From NCBI GenBank assembly GCA_030390025.1, contig CM059432.1:65226001-65290000 (forward strand): a stretch of DNA of 64,000 bases, given 5' to 3'. This DNA is from Squalus acanthias. Lineage: Eukaryota. The notes beneath the pieces are model-generated. The model made no database searches, was not told where the DNA came from, and was given only the letters and a program-made list of their open reading frames with translations. Positions 24,362 to 37,949 of the stretch are shown in pieces. The first letter of the stretch is position 1, and each line of letters begins with the position of its first letter. A program made the position numbers and the translations under genes.

Positions 24362-25419
24362 TGGCCATAATTTGCTGTGGCAGGGCATCTAACGACGTCT
24401 GCCGTTAGTTAGACTTGACCTTACATGTTTAGGGTTTTATATTTTTTGTGTGGCAAGTTGCTGAAAGTGTGAGCTGATAACATCGCAGCGAGGGAAAACA
24501 AGTATCTGGGACCTGAGTGAACATGGCAAGAAAGAAAGAAAGAAAGAAAGACTTGCATTTATATAGTGCCTTTCACGACCACCGGACGTCTCAAAGCTCT
24601 TTACAGCTAATGAAGTACTTTTAGAGTATAGTCACTGTTGTAATGTGGGAAACGCGGCATCCAATTTGCGCACAGAAAGCTCCCAGAAACAGCAATGTGA
24701 TAATGACCAGATAATCTGTTTTTGTTATGTGGATTGAGGGATAAATATTGGCCAGGACACCAGGGATAATTCCCCTGCTCTTCTTCAAAACAGTGCCTTG
24801 GGATCAAGCAAGTAAGTATGTGTGTATCTCCTTAACCAATCAGATTGAAGGATTGTGAAATTAACTGCACAAGGACTGAGGAGGAGGTGTAAATTCGAGG
24901 GGGTGAATTCAATGTCAAATCAGGTACAGAAAGAGAAATAAAGAGAGGGAAAGAAAGATTGGATTAAGAGAGAGAGATAAAAAGAGACAAAGGAAAAGTA
25001 AAAAGACATTTCTAATTTAAAATTTTACATTTTTAAAATCTCCAACAACAATTAAAACCTGAATGAATGAGACTCCACACGTGTAATAGTAAATTATCGG
25101 TGCCAGAGAGGTTGACTGACAATAATTAACACTTTGTTAAAAGGGTACTTAGACTGAAATGGATGAGACTTGATTTTCTGTGGTGAGTTTATTTCGTAAC
25201 CGTGCAAATACTGCAACTTCACACCATTCAATGGTGAGGCAGACAGTGAGTTGCCGTTTTCAAGAAGCAACAGCGGAGCGGTGCAACTCAGACAGCAACT
25301 TTTGGATATTTGAGTTCAACTGCGCATCTGCCTCTCCTGTAAAGTTACTGTACCATTTGCGCATAAATAACGGCGTGTGCCATACGTCTCAACGTTATTT
25401 TGACAGCAAATTATGGCCC
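24362..25419. mobile_element. Harbinger-type MITE carrying a nested SINE fragment (~24530-24806, -)
   Basis: Perfect 16-bp IR GGCCATAATTTGCTGT / ACAGCAAATTATGGCC; flanking ATT on both sides; no ORF. Confidence 0.75.
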
Positions 25420-25538
25420 ATTATCTCTGACAGTAGCCAGACAAGAGCTAGACAACAAAAGTTAACCAGCAAATAGAATTGCTTGTCATTAGACATAGCA
25501 GTCACCAACAAGGGGCACATTTTGTTGGTAGAGACTCT

Positions 25539-26897
25539 GGGGCGATTTTCTGACATCAGAGGAGGCGGGTAAGGCAGGAAAATCAGATTCAAAGAGGTAG
25601 GGTTCGGAACCCGCCTCTAACCCGCCTCCGTGGGATTTTGCTGGTTCCGAGTTTGGAGGTCGGGAAACGCTCCCACCTCCAGCTGGCCATTGCGCTATTT
25701 AACATCCTTAAATGCTCATTAAGGGCCTCTCTAAGCCTATTTTGAGAGGCCCTCGTGATTTTTCAAGCTTTTCGGTGTGATCCACGCACCTCCTAAACCA
25801 CGCCAGGTAAACCTGGCGGGTTGACTCGTGGGTGGCCTCCTCACTGCTGCAGGTCTAACAAGACATCGTTTACTGCAGCAAGGATTACTTGCAGGTGCCA
25901 GACCTTGGCTTTAAAAGGTCTCTGAGCACTTTTAGAAGACCTTCCGAAGTCGGAGGTGCTACAGCTTGACTCCATCAACTGTGGGACCTCCTTGGAAGAC
26001 CCTCTCCCCGCTTGCAATGAGTGCTTCCCCAAAGGAGGCATCTACAAGCAGCATGGGAACCATTCATTTCTTTCTGCATAGACCTCAGATGAGGATGAAG
26101 AGGAGGAGGAGGAGGATCTGGAGGAGGAGGAGAAGGAGAAGGTCAGAGCCCGGGATGCAAGGGATGAACTTATCATGGCCCGATTTGCATAGGTTGCCCA
26201 AGTTGGCACATGTCCTTTGCTCCATCCTAGGACATCATTGACAATGGACTCTCTGGCCTCCTTTCACTCAGGCCACCAACCTGACAATGCAAGTGTGGTG
26301 GTGCCCGCAATGTGGAGCTGCCTAAGGCGAAAGAACAGATGGCATAACGCCAACATTTTGGCTTCAAATCATTTTAATGCTTTCCAACAGGGATGGCATT
26401 TCATCAATACACAGAAACAGTCTCCCAATCTGCACACAGATCTGGAGGTTATATCCCTTGTCAGCTGTACCCACACAGCCTTGGTTTCTTTGGCAGGCAT
26501 CTTCCTCCGAGATGAGTGGAAGAGCACCTCCAAGCTAGCTGTCACCCTCTCCAACAACATTTGCAGCGCCTCATCCGAGAGCCTCGGGTTGGCCCTTGCC
26601 TTGGAATTGGACATAGTGGTTTCTCAAAAGATGTTGGAGGTGGTGCAGGAGATGCAGAAATGCTGTGGAATGATCCAAGGGAGCAAGAAGCCATAAAATC
26701 AGCTGGAAAAGTGCTGTCAACAGAGGTGAGTTTCAGACCCAAAACACTAATTGAGCAAGGGCATCCCACACCTCTGAAATCAAGTGGACAATCATGGGAA
26801 AATCGTAAATTTTTGAAACCTATCAGTGGAGGCGAGTTTCAAACCCAGCCAAACTGAAACCCGCCTACATCTCATCTCCAGTGGGAAAATCGCCCCC
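25539..26897. mobile_element. Short Harbinger derivative with remnants of both genes
   Basis: TIRs GGGGCGATTTTC / GAAAATCGCCCC; TSD probably TCT. Transposase C-terminus (acidic tract, RARDARDELIMARFA*) at ~26090-26193 (+) and Myb exon 1 remnant (PRLSDEALQMLLERV...ETKAVW) at 26614-26420 (-). Confidence 0.8.
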
Positions 26898-27619
26898 TCT
26901 GTTCTAGTAACTATATTCCACAGAGTGAAACAGTGTTCAAAACCTCCGAACAAATGCTAAATATTAAATTTTAAATGCTTTCTATCACGCTCCACATTAG
27001 CATGTTGAAATTCAAGAAGTGCATCAGAAAGAAAATTGTCAATGCATGATTGACAAAAATACAGTAAGGGTTTTAAGTGAAAAAAAATCCAAGCCCACGA
27101 GATTTTATTTTTAGAATTTTTGAAACTCTAATAATTACTAAGGCTGCTTTAAGCAATGGAGTATTATGTAGTATTGGTTTGGAGTTAACATGCCACCTTA
27201 AAGGAAACAATTTTACTCAGATACGCAAGGTTTGTGTTTCCTTTGCCAATTTCATTAAAGAGGAAGAAAAACCTAAGGAAGTACTTTTTGTTGAAAGTGC
27301 GATCTTACGAAAACAAAGGACTGGAAAAGACCAGTTGGTCCATCAAGCCTGTCCTATATTGTCATGATATAACACCTGCACACCTTGACACCCATTCACC
27401 ACCCCCTCCACCCACCAGCCAGACAATCTCATAGCGAGGCAATCAAATAAAGAAAGAAACCTTTGGGAAATTCCCCTCTGACCCCCAAAGGCGATCAAAC
27501 AAACCCACGGTCACTGGGAGACATGCTCCCCAGTGCCAGTCTATCTATATTTAGATACAAGGGCCACACTCAGGAACTTGTCCAGCTCCCTTTGAATGCT
27601 TACAGTGAATCACACTCAC

Positions 27620-27990
27620 TGCACATGCTGGAAACTTGTTGCATAGATTGATGACTTCCAGTGATAAGAAATATCTCCTGACATCTAACCTAGCTCTATG
27701 CTTACGCAACTTATTGTTCCTCCTTAGCCTATCTAGCTCAAGTGGCCTATCCACATAGACCAAATCGAATCACTCATTATTTTAAAGACCTCAATCAAAT
27801 CTCCTCAAAGTGCTTTTCTATAGTAAAACGTCCCAGTTCTCCAAGCCGATTGTGGTAACAAACTAGATATTAAACTAGTGGCCTTCCTCTGAATCTTTCC
27901 AGAGCCCCTATATTACCCACCACGTGAGGGGATCGAAACTGGACACTATTCTAAATAAGGCTTAACCAAGGCCTTGTACAGAGATAGTAT
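27620..27990 (-). mobile_element. Degenerate CR1 3' fragment
   Basis: RARLDVRRYFLS.EVI.L-like C-terminus and LY..LV...LE..VQF-like segment. Confidence 0.55.
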
Positions 27991-29080
27991 AGTATATAAA
28001 GTATTTCCCACGTTTTATAGAAGAAAATAATATTCTTACTATAAATTTCTTCAACGTGTTTTTTAAACGCTAACTTCAGTACAGGCATGAAGACCCTCAA
28101 GTAGATTGGTCCAGTGAAAGGCACGGCTAATGGCTCAGTACAAGAAACAGAATGGCTCCATTGCAAACAGTGGGCCCATGACTTCAGTCTGGCCAGATAG
28201 CAACCCTTACTACTGATGTGAGTGCAAATTTCTAAGCCAGTTGCTTGATTCCTGAGGTAAGGTAAGTCTTGAGCAGGACTTTGGTTAGTTCAAACTCATG
28301 CCCTTCACTGTTTACAATGGAGCTGCTCTGGGATGTATGGGAACACTTTCCATATTTAATAACACTAGAGCAGTTTAGCAGGGAGGGAAAGCATACTCAA
28401 GGATCTCTACGTCAGCAATTAAATTGACATTTAAACAAGAACACGGAATTTAAGGTAAGATTGTTGTTTTCTCTTATAGACGTTTTCCCTTTTGTATTCA
28501 AACCCTCAGTCGATTTACTTATTTCTTTTATATCCCTTTGAATGGTATGGGTCTTCCTTACAATGTTCTCATGGTCAGATAACTTGCTGTTATCAGTAAA
28601 TGTATCTTCAGAAATACCCTAATCCACATACAGTATATTAATAGTGTAGGTTCTTTACCTGCCCCTGCAGTGTCCTCTGGAGCCTTCCCTGCCTGACAGG
28701 GAGCCAAGCCTGTCAATCAGGCTGGCTTCCGGTTGGGGATTCTGTAGAAAAAAAAGTTGCACGCTGTGGAATTAAAATTCCACAGCAACCCGACCGAAAC
28801 CTGCCTTGTCGATATCGGGGCCAATATCTCCTATTAAAAAAAAAGCAATTCAGATGCTCAATCATATTAAAAACCAGGTGGGAGTCTCGTTTTTGTCTTC
28901 ACTGCATGAGCAGTAATCTGGCAGAACAGACTGCCATCCATTAAAGAACCTACCCAATATTCATCCCGTAACAGTTGGGTGATCCGCTCCGCCAGATAAC
29001 CACCCATGCGGTGACGATAAAAAATGATCTCTTTATCTCCATTACAGTAATGTATTTGAGACTAAAGAGCCAACATCACG

Positions 29081-30054
29081 GGGGGAATTTTAATCTAAAA
29101 AAATGAGTGGGTTTGGGTCGGGTGGCTAGTTAAAGTGTTAAAAATCTGAATCCCAACCAGAACCCGCCTCCAACCCGCCCACCGAGGTGGGACGAGGGGC
29201 AGGCAGCCAATCTGCTCCCAGGAGATGGGTCGCCCAGTTAAATATTATAAAGAGGCCGGAAGCCTCTGATTTAACCTCCATTTTGAATTTAACATGAGCT
29301 GGTTGGGTTTTGCAGGCTTCATGAAACCCGCCAGCTAAAGTAAGGTGAGGACTGCTGGATCCAGGAGGTAATTGCCTTTACACTAACCTCCTGGATCTAC
29401 CGTCACTGCCTAATCCATTCCCCCTCAATCGGAGACCCCCTCTCAGGAGGCCTCAGATCCCCCCCCACGAGGCCTCCCCCATGCTTCTCCGGCCCGCCAA
29501 TGTCGTCTGCTTTCCCGCCCCCCCCCCCACCCCACTCCTCCTGGCCTCCCATGCTTCTCCTGGTTCCCCCGTGCTTCTCCGACCCCGATTGTTACCGACG
29601 CCCCCCCGCTCCTCCAAACCCCCTAGCTCCTCTGACTACCCCCCCTGCTCCTCTGACCCCCCTGCCCCACTCCTCCAGCCACTGATCATTCCAAACCCCC
29701 TCTCTGTGTTGCTCCCGGCCCCCGATTGTTCCCGACCCCCTCCCGTGCTTCTCCTGGTCCCCGATTGTTACCAAAGCCAGCCCCCCGTGCCACTCCTCTT
29801 GCCCTCTCCATGTTCCTCCGGCTGACCCCCCCAGCCCCCATCCTTCCTTCTCTCCTCTCTGTGGTCTAGTGCCACAGGCCTACCCACCCGCAGCCAGCCA
29901 GCCTCTCAATCTGGCTGGCTGTGGGTGGGAAACAGAGGTTTCCCATGCATATCAGGCCACGCTGTTAAATTCACCAGGGCCCATTTTCCCAGGTTTCCCG
30001 ACCGCTTCAGAGCTTCCCTGCTGCCAACCCGCCTCCCCATTAAAACTGAGGCCC
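29081..30054. mobile_element. Harbinger-type MITE with C-rich interior
   Basis: Imperfect TIRs GGGGGAATTTTAAT / ATTAAAACTGAGGCCC; flanks ACG/ATG (consistent with a CpG-decayed TSD); CCCGCC subterminal motifs. Confidence 0.55.
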
Positions 30055-31125
30055 ATGACTGCATTTGCACCTGATTTTTGGTTATCAAATAGCTCATTAG
30101 CTGATTTTATGACCATCTGATACCTTTCTTTAACAATTTCCAGAAAAACTGTTCTGTAAATTGTCAATGTATGATTGAATATATTGTTCCCAACTGCATT
30201 AAAGTAAAGTCGTTTTCCTGGAATTTGTGCAGGGTTCTCCTAATTGTCCACCAGAACATTGGTGGAAGATCAGCAGAAATATTGGATAACGTCATAACTG
30301 GCCATTTACGGAATTTCTTCAGGGTTTACGCCTAGCTTTCGACTGAGTTACAGTGGACGATCAAGAGAATTCCCATAGAAATTCTGCCCCTATATGTTCA
30401 AATATTAACAGGTTGAAATTTACAAGTTTTTAGGAAAATATATTTCAACCTTGTTTATCATAAATTTGGAGTTTATTGACAAATGAACACAGGAATCACA
30501 TTGGATCAATCCAATACTCCTTACAACACGTGAGGATAAACTATGGTGAAAATGAGAGAAAGTATCTAAATCCTGCCATCCTGTTGGATCTTTCAAAGTT
30601 TTACTTGGCCGTAGTATCTTTAATTGCTCCAGAAATCTGCTGACAAGAATAGTTTCATGTCATAAAAGGAAAATCACCTCAGTAAGGTAACTAATAAAAT
30701 CTTTGAATTCTAACATAACTAAATATTTCAAATGCACAGAGAACAAAACCAGGCAAGCATTTGATCCTCTTGAGTAGTATTTTACAAGTTGGCAGATCAT
30801 TGGTGTATATTTAAATGTTTAAGATCCTGTGTCTGAAACATATTTATCCATTTTACAGTAATTTATAGACTATTTGCTACTCAGAACAAAAATATTATTT
30901 CGGTAACACGATACCTACACTGCCTGATAAATGAACTACACTGAGACTTGTAATTGCCCAGGGCAATTCGTTTGCCGTCCATACAGATTAACTGAAATAT
31001 GGAGTGAAAACATAAGCAAATAGGGAGTAACAAATTTTGGGTATATTGCGCTGGATACTCTCTCGGTTTCAGCATTACTAGCAACACTCCTAAGCAGACC
31101 TTGTGTTTTCTACAATCTGGAAGGC

Positions 31126-32136
31126 AATCAGTGCTGGGGCCTCAACTATTTACAATCTACATTAATGACTTGGATGAATGGACCGAGTGTAATGTAGCCA
31201 AGTTTGCGGATGATACAAAGATGGGTGGAAAAGCAAGTTGTGCAGAGGACTCAAAGAAGCTGCAAAGGGATATAGACAGGCTAAGTGAGTGGGCAAACAT
31301 TTGGCAGATGGCGTATAATGTGGGAAAGTGCGAGGTTATCCACTTTGGCAGGAAAAATAAAAAAGCAAATTATTATTTAAATAGTGAGAGAGATTACAAA
31401 ATGCTACAGTTCAGAGGGACCTGGGGGTCCTTGTGCATGAAACACAAAAAGTTAGCATGCAGGTACAGCAAGTAATCAAAAAGGCAAATGGAATGTTGGC
31501 CTTTATTTCAAAGGGGTTGGAGTATAAAAGCAGGGAAGTCCTGCTACAACTGTACAGGGTATTGGTGAGACCACACCTTGAGTACTGCGTACAGTTTTGG
31601 TCTCCTTATTTAAGGAAGGATATACTTGCATTGGAGGCAGTTCAGAGACGATTCACTAGGTTAATTCCGGAGATGATGGGGTTTGACTTATAAGGAAAGG
31701 TTGAGCAGGCTGGACCTATACTCATTGGAATTTAGAAGAATGAGAGGTGATCTTATTGAAACATATAAGATACTGAGGGGCATGACAAGGTAGATGCAGA
31801 GAGGATGTTTCCCCTCGTGGGGAAATCTAGAACGTGGGGGCATAGTTTTAGAATAAAGGATCGCCCTTTTAGAACTGAGATGAGGAGGAATTTCTTCTCT
31901 CGGAGGGTCATAAATCTGTGGAATTCTCTGCCCCAGAGAGCTGTGGAGGCTGGGTCATTAAATACATTTAAAGTGGAGATAGACAGATTTTTGCAAGATA
32001 AGGGAGTGAAGAGTTATGGGGAGCGGGCGGGGAAGTGGCTTTGAGCCCTAGATCAGCCATGATCTTATTGAATGGCGGAGCAGGCTCGAGGGGCCAAGTG
32101 GCCTATTCCTGCTCCTATTTCTTCTGTTCTTATGTT
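31126..32136 (+). mobile_element. CR1 LINE 3' ~1 kb
   Basis: SVLGPQLFTIYINDL..FADD through the C-terminus and 3' tail; stops present. Confidence 0.92.
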
Positions 32137-35094
32137 TTCTGCCCAATAACTAGTTCAATGGAAGAATGACCAAAAGATCAACAGAGAACTGTTATGACAT
32201 GTGCTGCCATGTGAATTCTCCTCTTTTTATGGAAGGTGGACTGAGATGGGGCACAGCTTCAGACCATCAATTGGTTTATTTACATAAAATACAAGCATGA
32301 ACAATATACAGTTTTCACAGTGAGTAAATTCAATTTTCCTACACCCCTCTGTTATGGAAAATAATAAGGACACAGTATACTAGCTCTCCATGCACAGGCT
32401 TAGTTCTGCAGCTAAGCCTTTCAAACCTAAGCTGGCTCAGACTTTTAAAACACAAAACAGCCTCTTACTGCTGCTTTAAGAAGATAGAATCCCTATATTA
32501 CAACAGTGACTATACTTCAAAAACACTTCATTGGCTGTGGAGCGCTTTGGGAAATCCTGAGGTCACGAAAGACACTATATGAATGCAAGCTTTTTTTTCT
32601 TAAGATCACCCTTGATGTCTGAGAGAGAAAGCCCATCTCATTAAATCTGTGAGATAGAAGGCTCCGCTTACTGAGCTGTCAATTAAAGTTACTACCTGTG
32701 GGGAATGCGTACTCTTTGATATGACAGTAGGGGGCTCCCACATGTTGACCTAAGCTAAGCTCCCCTCCTCCACTGTGCCAATGAAATGTAATGACACCAA
32801 AACCCTCAGATGTCACAAGGAGTGATCATCTGACAGCAGCATACAATGTTTGAGACTACACACAATGATCCTACCACTTATTATTAGTTAATACCTGAAC
32901 TCTATTTTGCTGACACAAATTCCAGGTTGCTGGCTTATTGTTGAAGAAACATACTGAATTTAACATTACAGAAATATGATAAGTTAAAATATCCAGCTCA
33001 AGAAATCAAATTTGCCACAAGGGGTTTACTCCTCAAGTGTGCCCTCATAGAAAGAAATGAATGAAAGTATGGGATTGATGGCAGGGTTTCCCCAATCCAT
33101 TCCCCTATCAACAAAGGATTGTATAGTTTTTTTGGGGGGGAGGTGAAGAGGAAGGAGCTAAGTACTAACAAAACACTATTGTGAAGTGTGGCTTTAATTA
33201 GCTATTAACAAAAGTTACTGAGGGCGATTTTCAAGTAGCGCCCGAAAACAGAGGCCAAGACGGCAGAGTGGCCTTTCCGCCTACCTGTGTGTGCCGGCGT
33301 GAGGCACGAGCAATTTGGAGACTCGGGCCTCATCAACATGCTGCCGGCGACCTGCAGCGCCAAACGTCAAGTGGCCCACTACAGCTTGCTGGTTCTGGAA
33401 TGGCAGGAAACCTGATGTCTCCCACCGCTGAACCGGTCGCTAGGTCAGGCCGGGGAGGATGCGAGTCAATCCCTAGGAAAGGGGGACTCAAATGAGCCGG
33501 CAGCGAGCCAGAGTTTTGTGGGGGGGGGGGCCCAGGAGGATCACCTCTGCGCCCACCAAGATAAAAATTGAAAGCTTCCTTGTCAGTTTTTTGAGCGGCC
33601 TCCAGCGGTCCCTTTAAGGTCTGCTGGTTAAGCTGTTCAAGGCCTGGTACAACTGGCCAGAGCACTTAACACTTTTTCCTGTTTTAATACAGAACATATA
33701 ACATTTCTCAGGCACAGCAACACTCTATAAAACAATGTGGTGAGAGAGAAGACAAAAAACAAATGACAAGCCTTCGATGCAAAGAGCCAACTCTGGTTAA
33801 GCATTTCCTTCTGCTAATAAACTGTTAAATGGAAACACGCACATTGCACCACCTCCAAAAAATAATGGTTTGACAAGGCCTTCCTGTGTACCTTTAAAAC
33901 TATAAGTCAGGGGCTCTGAAATCAAGCAATTTGTAAAGTAACTGCTAGACCATACCCAGTAATACTTGCAGGAAGTTGTTTGAGCTGAGTCTGCCCACCT
34001 GGAGCTCTATAACAAAAAACGCACAAAAAGACTGCTGTGGGAATCCTAACTATGCACTGAGGACCGATTAAGTTTTTATTACTCGATGGCACATTTGCTA
34101 TCATTACTTTTCTCTTTGGTTTAGTTTGTCAATTTCAGTTCATCTAAGTTCCTACATGTCTCACATAAGGAAACATTTACTGGCAATTATTGAAACAGCA
34201 TACCTAGGCTGTGTATTTAAAGCTTTAATTTAAACATTATGGGGAAGCGGAAAAAGTAGTCGCCCCATTACGTGCTTTGTTCGCAGCATCATTGAGTTGT
34301 TTGTTAAATATTAAGACTCAAATAAGAGAAGGAAATAATAACTAAATAAAATACTTGAAATAGGATGATGTGTCTTCGGTTATGGGTCCCAATTGTACTT
34401 GTCTTTTTGAGTGAGTTTGGGACGGAAGTACAGCATATCAGCATTTTTTGGGATGCATTTTGGGGCAGCACCCATATCTGCCAGGTGTCCACTCTAGAAT
34501 GGCTGCAATGATATTTCTGTTCAGGTCAGGACCTTCCCTGTGTGTGTATGTATTTGTGTGTGTGTATACACATGCATGTGTGTGTACCGATGCAAATGAG
34601 GGTGACTGGCATATGAGTGACCAAAACCCGTAACTTACACTCCCAATGCACCATGGGTAACTTAACGCTTATCTGATACTGGCAGAAGTGCTTTACTTTG
34701 GAGCCTGCAGCTCGGAGAAGCTTTCGAGAGATTCCTTGAGTATCAGCAGATTTTTGGGAGTGCTTCAGGAAATGTTTCCTTTTGTGAGACATGTAGGAAC
34801 TTAAATGAACTGAAATTGACTTATTTTTGTAATTGCACCTAGATAGGGCTGACCTTGCCTCTGACGGCCTGTGAGACCACTTGGATACTTCTACCCCACT
34901 ACAGTCAGAAGCTCTAAGTAATAGTTATGTGATTCTCAGTTGGTATTCACTTACTCTCTATTTTAATGGAGGAGCAGTACAAGATGAAGAAAAGGACTGT
35001 AGGATAGCGGCCAACAAGATATTACCTCCCCTAAAGAATTCATAGGCAATGCAGATCTTATGAAGATCTCAGTGAGGAGCTCTCCATGAGAATA

Positions 35095-35316
35095 CGATAG
35101 CAAAATACTGCGGATGCTGGAAATCCGAAAAAACAACAGAAAACGCTGGAAAAACTCAGCAGGCCAGGCAGCATCCGTGGAGAGAGAAACAGAGTTAAAG
35201 TTTCAGGTCAAAGAAAGGGGGAGCACAGGGTCTGACGAAAGGTCTTCGACCTGAAAGGTTAACTCTGTTTCTCTCTCCACGGATGCTGCCTGGCCTGCTG
35301 AGTTTTTCCAGCGTAT
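35095..35316. mobile_element. 222-bp palindromic Penelope-derived element with hammerhead-like core and 14-bp TSD
   Basis: ~66-bp near-perfect inverted arms (35144-35209 / 35248-35313); CTGACGAAAGGTCTTCGACCTGAAA at 35232; TSD TCTCCATGAGAATA (35081-94, 35317-30). Confidence 0.8.
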
Positions 35317-35884
35317 TCTCCATGAGAATAGTTCACTTCACCAAAGGGGCTGTAGGAGTGCTGTATCAACTTCTGGATGAAGACCTGTAGCCACGATCAT
35401 ATGCCTGGCCAGCTCTGTCTGTGGCTGTAAAAGTTATCACCTCATTCAATCTCTATGCTATTGTCTCCTATTAAGCAGCCATAGGAGACCTGTGTAATAT
35501 CAGCCAAGCTGCCATATGAGCAGGCATTTGTCAGGTAACTGACACCATTTTTAGGAGAGCTGAGGAATTCATCCAACAGTAAATGATGGCAAGGCAGCAG
35601 CACAATACAGCCATACAGTTTTATCACATTGCTGAGGCCACCTATCTTGGAATCTCATTGTTCAGGCCCTTTTGGAGTGCATAGTTGGGAAGGACACAGC
35701 AAGTTACCACTATGTGCGTTACATGATTGGGAGCATATTGCAGATTCCCTCCTGGTCTATCATGCAGTGAAAGCAAGCCTTTATGAGCCTTGACAACTCG
35801 GGTTTCACTGCTCAGCTGCTTTTCTTGCAACTCGCAGAGGGGTCATTATTCATGGTACTGGATGAGCTAAAATTTCCTCCAACT

Positions 35885-36707
35885 AAATATTGCGAAGACC
35901 GAAGCCATTGTTTACGGTCCCTGCCACTAACTCCGTTCCCGAGCCACCGACTCCATCCCTCTCCTTGGCAACTGTCTGAGGCTGAATCAAAACAGTTCAC
36001 AACCTTGGTGTCGTATTTGACCACAAGATGAGCTTCTGACCACATCACCAAGACCACCTACTTCCACCTCTGTAACATAGCCCGACTCTGACTCTGCCTC
36101 AGCTCATCTGCTGCTAAAACCCTCATCCATGCCTTTGTTATCACTAGACTTGACTATTCCAATGCACTCCTGGCCGGCCTCTCATCTTCCAGCCTACATA
36201 AACTTGAGCTCATCCAAAACTCTGCTGCCCATATCCTAACTTGCACCAAGTTCTGTTCACCCATCACCCCTGTGCTCGCTGACCTACATTGGCTCCCACT
36301 CTGGCAACGCCTCAATTTTAAAATTCTCATCCTTATTTTCAAATCCCTCCATGGCCTCGCCCCTCCCTATCTCATTAACCTCCTCCAGCCCTGCAACCCT
36401 CTGAGATCTCTGTGCTCCCCCAATTCTGGCCTCTTGCACATCCCCAATTTTAATCGCTCCACCATTGGCGGCCGTGCCTTCAGCTGCCTAGGCCTTAACT
36501 CTGGAATTCCCTCTCTCAACCGCTCCGCCTTTCTCCCTTTCTCTCCTCCTTGAAGACGCTCCTTAAAACCTACCTCTTCGTCATCTGTCCTAATATCTCC
36601 TTATGTGGCTTGGTGTCAAATTTTGTTTGATAACACTTCTGTGAAGCGCCTTGGGATGTTTTACTATGTTAAAGGCGCTATATAAATGCAAGTTGTTGTT
36701 GTTGTTG
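35885..36707 (+). mobile_element. L2 LINE 3' fragment
   Basis: LADLHWLP..QR..FKILILIFK.LHGLAP.YL C-terminus; tail aaaggcgctatataaatgcaag(ttg)n. Confidence 0.88.
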
Positions 36708-37949
36708 GTAGCAAGGGGTACACTTTGTGCCCAACAAGCCATTTGGTTATTTCATTATATTCTTTGAAGAGAGCAGAAAAGGCAGAATTCCTGAGGATGA
36801 AGGCACCATGACAACTTCAGCAAATTTGGTACTGACATGGAGAATTCTTTGCATCTGGTCATACACATTCTGCTCCTTCATGCCTAGATTCAGTCTGAGA
36901 ATCAGTGTCGCAAGAAGTGGCTGGCTGCTCTTATCGTACAAAAGGCTCATGGGATTGAGGTTACCTTCCCCTCATGACAGCTTGGTCCTAATGGAGCGCT
37001 ATGGGCTGTATCTCTTCAGCTTGTACATGGGCAGCTTGGTCTTGCTTTTTACGTGCCACTCGCCTAGTGATCTGCAGAAATAAGCAGAATGCCTGGCATG
37101 TGCTGCTGTCCTGAGAAATCAGAGCCTCATGCAAGTAGTCTCTAGATGTCACCATTCTGCTGGATCCTGGATCTGCTTATCAGCGGAATGTCTGGTCTAA
37201 TGGCAGTTGTCAGATAAGCCCTGAGAGACAGTGGACTGCATGGCGGCTTCTCAGGTGGGGACTGTCACAGACTCCCATGATACCAGCAGGGACAAAAACA
37301 CTTCCTGATGTTACTGCAAATGTACGCTTTTCTCAGCTGCTACAGATCCTTAGAGACTGACCTTAGTGATTGCATGTAGGGGTGACATTACTTGAAATCC
37401 CATCTGCAGCCTTTACTAGAGAGCTGGCACATTCTCACCAACTCCCCACTCCTCTGGTTTCCTCGTGCTCTGTGTATCCCCCCGTGCCACATCCTCATTT
37501 ATACTATTTATATCCCGCCCAGGTGAAAGGTGCATGGAAGTGAGGAAACAAGTGACGCATGAGGTGATGTCGAAAGAGTTAGGATAGAAGAACATGGTGC
37601 AGAGGTATGATCCAAGGACTTGTGTGGCCTGCTACTCATCATCATCCTCTTCATCATTATAGTATACAAGCAAGACATGCCTTCTCTATTTCGCCTTATC
37701 ATCATCTTCCTCCTTTAAATCTTCTGCCAACCTCTGTAATTGAACTGGAGGAAAGGTCATAAACTATAACTTCTACAGATTAAGTAGATGGTGAATGGTG
37801 AATGGTATGGAAGCTCCTGACTGTTTGCTGCTTCACAGGGATGCCTGGTCCACATAGGGCTCTTTAATGTCACTGATTGCTGGTGCATCACTCTGGCAAT
37901 TATTCGTCTATTTTACAAATACACAGGAATACTTTTGTTAAGAAAAGGA

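Larger units (their letters stand above)
34990..36870. pseudogene. Fossil Harbinger transposase with internal inversion, interrupted by a palindromic element and an L2
   Basis: Plus strand 35000-35640: SEELSMR..FTK.AV..LYQLL..DL...[15 protein letters not shown]...GDLCNISQ. Minus strand 36870-36710: YDQ..RILHV..KF..SCH.AFILRNS...WLVGHKVYPL. Minus strand 35870-35650: DRPGGNLQYAP..V..IVVTCCVL.N. Confidence 0.7.

Noticed and set aside
28080..28260. Plus-strand segment bounded by ttcag and gag|gtaag, exon-like
   Set aside because: Stops in all three frames; no supporting evidence for a nested gene.
30215..30392. Possible ~180-bp MITE family (also ~24163-24357, ~62008-62180, ~33220-33660, ~60255-60830)
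   Set aside because: Ends too degenerate to define TIR and TSD reliably by eye.
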